Positions 59,501 through 64,000 of a DNA stretch of 64,000 nucleotides are shown one piece after another. Position numbers and translations under genes: made by a program. The stretch is from Klebsormidium nitens (taxonomy: Eukaryota; Plantae; Klebsormidiophyceae): assembly GCA_000708835.1 (NCBI GenBank), contig DF236950.1, forward strand, positions 36,075 through 100,074, given 5' to 3'. Positions within the stretch are counted from its first letter, which is position 1. Each line of letters begins with the position of its first letter. The notes below the pieces were generated by a model that was given only the letters and a program-made list of their open reading frames with translations, was not told where the DNA came from and ran no database searches.

Positions 59501-62500
59501 ACTTGGGAAGGCAGATTATTGCACGGAATGCTGTGACAAGATGGCTTCTCAACAATGCAATTACACCTCCAAACCGAGGCAACCCAAGTTCCTCCACAAT
59601 GAAAATGCAGGTATGTCTTGCTTTGCGCGATCAGGGTCTCCTTTTCGATTCTGCCCTCCGTGAGAGCCTGGACAGGCGGGATAAACAATGCCGTTGCAGT
59701 TGTGAACTTTTTATTGCATATTTGAACATCCATGATCAGGCAACTCATGGGCCTGTTCTTGTCTGTTTTCAGACGTCAAGCACGCGCCTGGCCAGGCCCC
59801 CCCGGTGCGCAAGCCGATCCACGTCAACAGCGCAATTGTGGCTGTCAAGTCCAAATACTTCTACAACCTCCTCGGCGAGAACCAACAGCAAGCGGCCGTC
59901 ATGAGAATACGCCCTGAAGGTGGGCATATTTGTACCATACCTTACTGAGAACTTGGCTCCCGTCAATGTTTGCACAGGAGTAAACCAATATGAAGAGCTC
60001 GTCTGTTTGGGCTCGTGTGGGCGAATAGCAGAGCCCTCTTATCTGCCTCGCCTTGACAGCTGCTTCGGACTTCGGAGCGGGACTCGTTTCCCCTAGTCTC
60101 TAAAAGCTTGTCCCTTCCACTATCCGGAACTGAGCAACCTAGTAAGCCTTTCATCCACCTGTTTTAGGCCCTTCCATCAAGAGAGCTACTCCCGAGGCCT
60201 ATTCACCAGTGCATCCCACCAGAATCCCATCTACAAGTGTCTCTGACCCTTCCTTGTCCCTTCTTTCCCGCAGACGAGGCCCCCGTGCTCGACATGTTAC
60301 GTTTCATGTACAGTGCCGAGCTGCGCGCGTCGGCCCCCGAGGAGCTGGCGCAGGTGCTGATCGTGAGCGACCGCTACGCCGTCAGCAGCTGCTTCAAGCA
60401 CACGTTCCGCCTGCTGTCCGCCATCACCGTGGACGCGCTCTCCGCCTGCCTCTTCCTCGACCTGCCGCGCCACCTCAAGGTGAGCGCCTGGGCCCAAATC
60501 CCTGACCGTTCGGGGGATCCCCTTGACTTGCTTGTGATGGGATCGGTAACAGAGGGCCTTCAGCGGAATGCTCGATCCAGTCGAGCAAAAGATCTTCAAC
60601 AGGCCCAACTGGTCGCCCCTCGAAAGCGAGATGCTCTGTCTGAGTTTACCTCTTGAGCACCCTTAGAAAGGCGCGGATGTCTGAGCAAGCCGCAGCACAT
60701 TCGGCCACTGTGTCTCGATGACGCATGCTGATGGTTGTTTTCGAACCCCGGTGCAGGACCCCGGGCAGATCCAGAACCTCGTCCTCATGGCGCGCTCGTG
60801 GCTGGTGGTGCACTTCCGGGACCTCGAAAAAACGTATCGGTAAGTGCTCGAAGCTGCCCATCGTCTCTTGAGAAGACCTGAAAGCGCAGGTCATTTTGTG
60901 TGACTTTTGTTCTTCAACCGCATCGCTGGTCGCTTTCAGATACTTCCATGCGACAGAGGAATGTCTCGCCTGTCTAACTCGCATCCGTGGGTTGCTTTCT
61001 CGCAGGACGCCCGAGTTCTTGAACCTGTCGTTGATGGGCGTCCGCACGATCCTGGAGAGCAACGTACTGCAGATCTCGTCCGAGGTCACGGCGTTCAACG
61101 CGCTGGTGAGTGCGCAGACCCCGCCTCTTTGTCGCATTCCAGGCCCTTTGCGAAGAGCTTCGTTCGAAGCCGCGTCTTCGCCGACTTTCCTGTCCTCCCT
61201 GTCCCAATTTGCAAATCTACAACTCCGTCACGTCTTACGCAGCGTCCAGTCCCAATCGGGTCTGCTTCCGGTTGCCTGTGAACCTGTTGATTTCGTCACG
61301 TCCTTTGTAGTACTTGGAACGTGTATGGTTCGCTCGCGGTCGGTTTCGATCCCGCTTACCGCTACCCCACCGAGTCTGCTCTCAGGTGAACTGGTCGCGG
61401 CACCACTTTCCGACAGCTTTCGCGTCTTAACCCGCTCTTCTGCATGTCGGTGTTAAACACGCAACTCTGTCACGTCCTAAGAAGTGTCCAGGGCGCCAAC
61501 TCGGTACGCTCCGCTGTACCGTCCAAAGCCAAAATGGTAGATTCGCAGCCTTCTGTCAGCCCGCTTACCACTAACCCGCCCCGTCCGCTGGCAGGTGAAC
61601 TGGTCGCGGCACCACTTCCCGGACAGCGAGGCGCAGCGCGCCAAGGTGGTGGCCAAGCTGGCGCACCTCATCCGCTTCCCGTTCATGACCACCGAGGCGC
61701 TGCGCCAGGCGCTCGACATGCCCGAGCTCAACTCCGACGTCGGGCGGGGGCTCATCGTCGAGGCGCTCTTCTTCAAGGCCGAGCCCTTCTTCAAGTGAGC
61801 CGCCGCGCGCTGGAATGCTGTCGCGGGTGTTTTGTTTGTTGCCTCTTGCCGGTGACTGGGGCCGTTGTGCGTTGTCGTGTTTTGTCGTTGGCGGACTGCG
61901 TGCTTTGCGGCCGTCTTCGAATCCCAATGATTCGAAGCTGTTTTCTTTCGCTTTGCCAGGCAGTCAGACAGTAGACCAGCTCCCTGACTGCCATTTGAAA
62001 GGCCGAGCCCGTTAACTTTTCCAACCTCACGACGTTCAGACTCTTGCACGAGGACTCTTCTCCACACGTCTGAAACATCCCGTGACCGCCAGGTTCTAAA
62101 AGAAACCGTCTTCGCTTCTGCAGGCAGAGCAAGTTGGCCGAGACCGAAACCGCCCACTCGCGCTACGTCCCGCGCTCCAACGACTCCCGGCTGGGCGTCA
62201 CTCTGGCGCCCATGGATGAATCGGGCCGCCAGGCGAGCATATTCTTTGAGCTACCGAGGAGCCAGTTCCAAAACCTGCAGCCGGGGGGCCACATCACGTC
62301 CAAGCCGTTCGTGCTGGGCGGACAGACGCTGTCTGCGGTGGTCGCCAAGAAGGCGGGCAAGAACAGCGCCACGGAGGGCGTCCTCTCGCTGTGCATCCAC
62401 AACGGCGTTGCGGCAAAGTCCAAGGTCAGGAGCCATTTACCATTATCTGGGCTCCTTTCTTCTGACATACTCTTTTTCAGTTGCGATGGCTTCGTATGTG

Positions 62501-63350
62501 GGCCTCCTGCTATACGGGCGTCTCCCTTTGTGGGCTCTCCGTCCTTTGTGGGTTCTTTGCGTTGAGTACTCTTTTGCCTTCTGGCGAAGGTCAGTGGGCG
62601 TTCTGAGCTACTGGCCAACCTCAGCTTCGTCGGCGCACTTTCTCCATCTAGTCCGCTCAGCCTCTTCCGATAGTAGTGCATCTACCTACCTCGGTCAGCC
62701 TCTTTTGATTAGGGTTGGTCAGCATTTCTCTGAGTAGCGCACCTGATCCGCGGGCATCTGCCGCCTCCAGGACCTCTCGTGGCCTCTTGCTAACGGCTCG
62801 ATCGACGTCCCCGTCAAGCCGTGGGACGGGGACGGGCCGAAAAAGGTAACAGACGTTCATAATGCAAGGGGCGACTGTAGTTCCCGGATGCGGTTGGATA
62901 TCGTGGTTGACTTGGAGGTCGTGATTGTCGTCTTGCTAATTTCGTGGGCGACACCGCCTTCCGATAGTGCTTCCAGAAGTAATCATGCTGACAGAACACT
63001 AATTTCGTCGGAGTGGGCACTCTATGTGACTAGGGGTTGGTTTCCTCCTCGGTTGAGAATGTGCCATGCTTCGAGAAGTGAGTCCCCGCAAAAACCCAGC
63101 TCTTTTGATTTTGCCCTCATTTCCCTTTTTCCAGACTGCTCGATTCTGACCGCGTGTTTGCCTCTCTCAGATCGTTGGCGAGTACGAGTTCTTCACGCGC
63201 TTCCACACGATGGACCCCTTCCAGTCGGTGGCCCGGGGCAAGCTGGCCTTCAAGAGCGGCAAAGAGGAGCAGGGGCAGAGCACGGTGAAGTTTCCCGAGG
63301 ACAAGAACACCATGATCTTCCTGCGGGCGGACCTGGTCATCAAGACGTAA
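56529..63350 (+). CDS. POB1/LRB-like BTB/POZ-BACK protein with a divergent C-terminal beta (MATH-like) region and an approx. 480 aa disordered N-terminal extension; 11 exons
   Basis: Exons 56529-57346, 58021-58266, 58682-59053, 59343-59467, 59773-59919, 60274-60479, 60757-60839, 61006-61105, 61595-61794, 62124-62424, 63171-63350 are phase-consistent. FGFAFDNAQFSDRVL, IHVNSAIVAVKSKYFYNL, LDMLRFMYS, FLNLSLMGVRTILESNVLQISSE, LAHLIRFPFMT...LIVEALFFKAEP, SKPFVLGGQ match the POB1/LRB pattern. Confidence 0.85.
61221..61630 (+). repeat. Tandem duplication spanning the intron end, acceptor and first approx. 30 nt of a BTB-gene exon
   Basis: ccgcttacc...caggtgaactggtcgcggcaccactt occurs at about 61352-61408 and 61561-61617; aactc(c/t)gtcacgtc(t/c)ta...gtccag occurs at 61221 and 61464. 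Confidence 0.85.
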
Positions 63351-64000
63351 GCCGTCGGGGCTTCTAGACTGGGCAGGGATGAGAAGCGCACCCGCAGTTG
63401 AAGCGGCACATATACAGCACAGGCCGAGCGCCTGAATGGGAATTACAGGAAGTTGACTGTTGAAATGACGAAGTCCGGAGGGAAAGAACGTTGCCACTTT
63501 TGTGGTCCGCGTGGGCTTCGGAAACGGGGTTCGAAAACCCTCAGATCGTCTCATCAGTCTGAAGTCAAAGGAGGAATCAGTACTAAGTTCACCAATTCTT
63601 GACGGCTTGCAGACTAGGTTAGCTACAGAAGCAAGTTAACGATGTAGAGTCTCGGATCTTGACAGCACCTCCCACTCTTTGGCCGGTGGTTTAGCGTAGG
63701 GTTTGACACTCGCCTGTATAGGATAACGGATTGGATTGTAGTATGCAACACTGTACTTTACGTCGGCGTGGCACTTGATGTGGACTTTTGCAAATCGTAT
63801 GATTGCTTGAGGAGTCTAGTCGCGATTCGATTCGGTCTCCAATCGAGCCGCGGCGCGGGGTCCGACAGCAGGTTTCCAATCGAGCATGGCCGATCCCACA
63901 ATCAAAGAACATGATTGCTGGCCGCAGCGCGCGGCCATCCCGAGCCTGGTGCGCAGCACTATATCAATGAATGCATGCTGGCCGCCAGACCGGCGCGCCA

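Noticed and set aside
63503-63540. tRNA A-box-like TGGTCCGCGTGG and B-box-like GGTTCGAAAAC
   Set aside because: Spacing is too short and no cloverleaf can be folded.

Overview
Eukaryotic, intron-rich genomic DNA with GC-rich exons, GT-AG introns of about 0.2-1.1 kb and TTT(T)AGGG-type telo-motifs. The gene set is green-plant type (RD19, ENT1, MIOX, SKIP14-like, POB1/LRB-like); a streptophyte alga such as Klebsormidium is my inference, not a proven assignment. Ten multi-exon or single-exon protein genes were assembled by hand, in almost strictly alternating orientation: pNO40/ZCCHC17-like (+), bacterial-type HdeD/DUF308 membrane protein (-), SKIP14-like F-box (+), orphan coiled-coil protein (-), Rieske non-heme oxygenase of unusual architecture (+), RD19-like cysteine protease (+), a head-to-head pair of ENT1-like nucleoside transporters (-/+), myo-inositol oxygenase (-) and a POB1/LRB-like BTB-BACK protein (+). 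The first 6.4 kb and the intergenic gaps hold only decayed, repeat-like DNA. No rRNA, tRNA, CRISPR array or intact transposon was found. Most worth following up: the Rieske oxygenase with long N-terminal and internal insertions; the HdeD-like gene with two duplicated candidate last exons that differ only at synonymous sites in a shared motif; a decoy duplicated splice acceptor in the BTB gene; the divergent ENT pair with a dense GTAC cluster between them; a recurrent CGCC-linked telo-box motif; and CATG-rich islands in every convergent gene gap. Exon coordinates were read by eye and may be off by a few bases.
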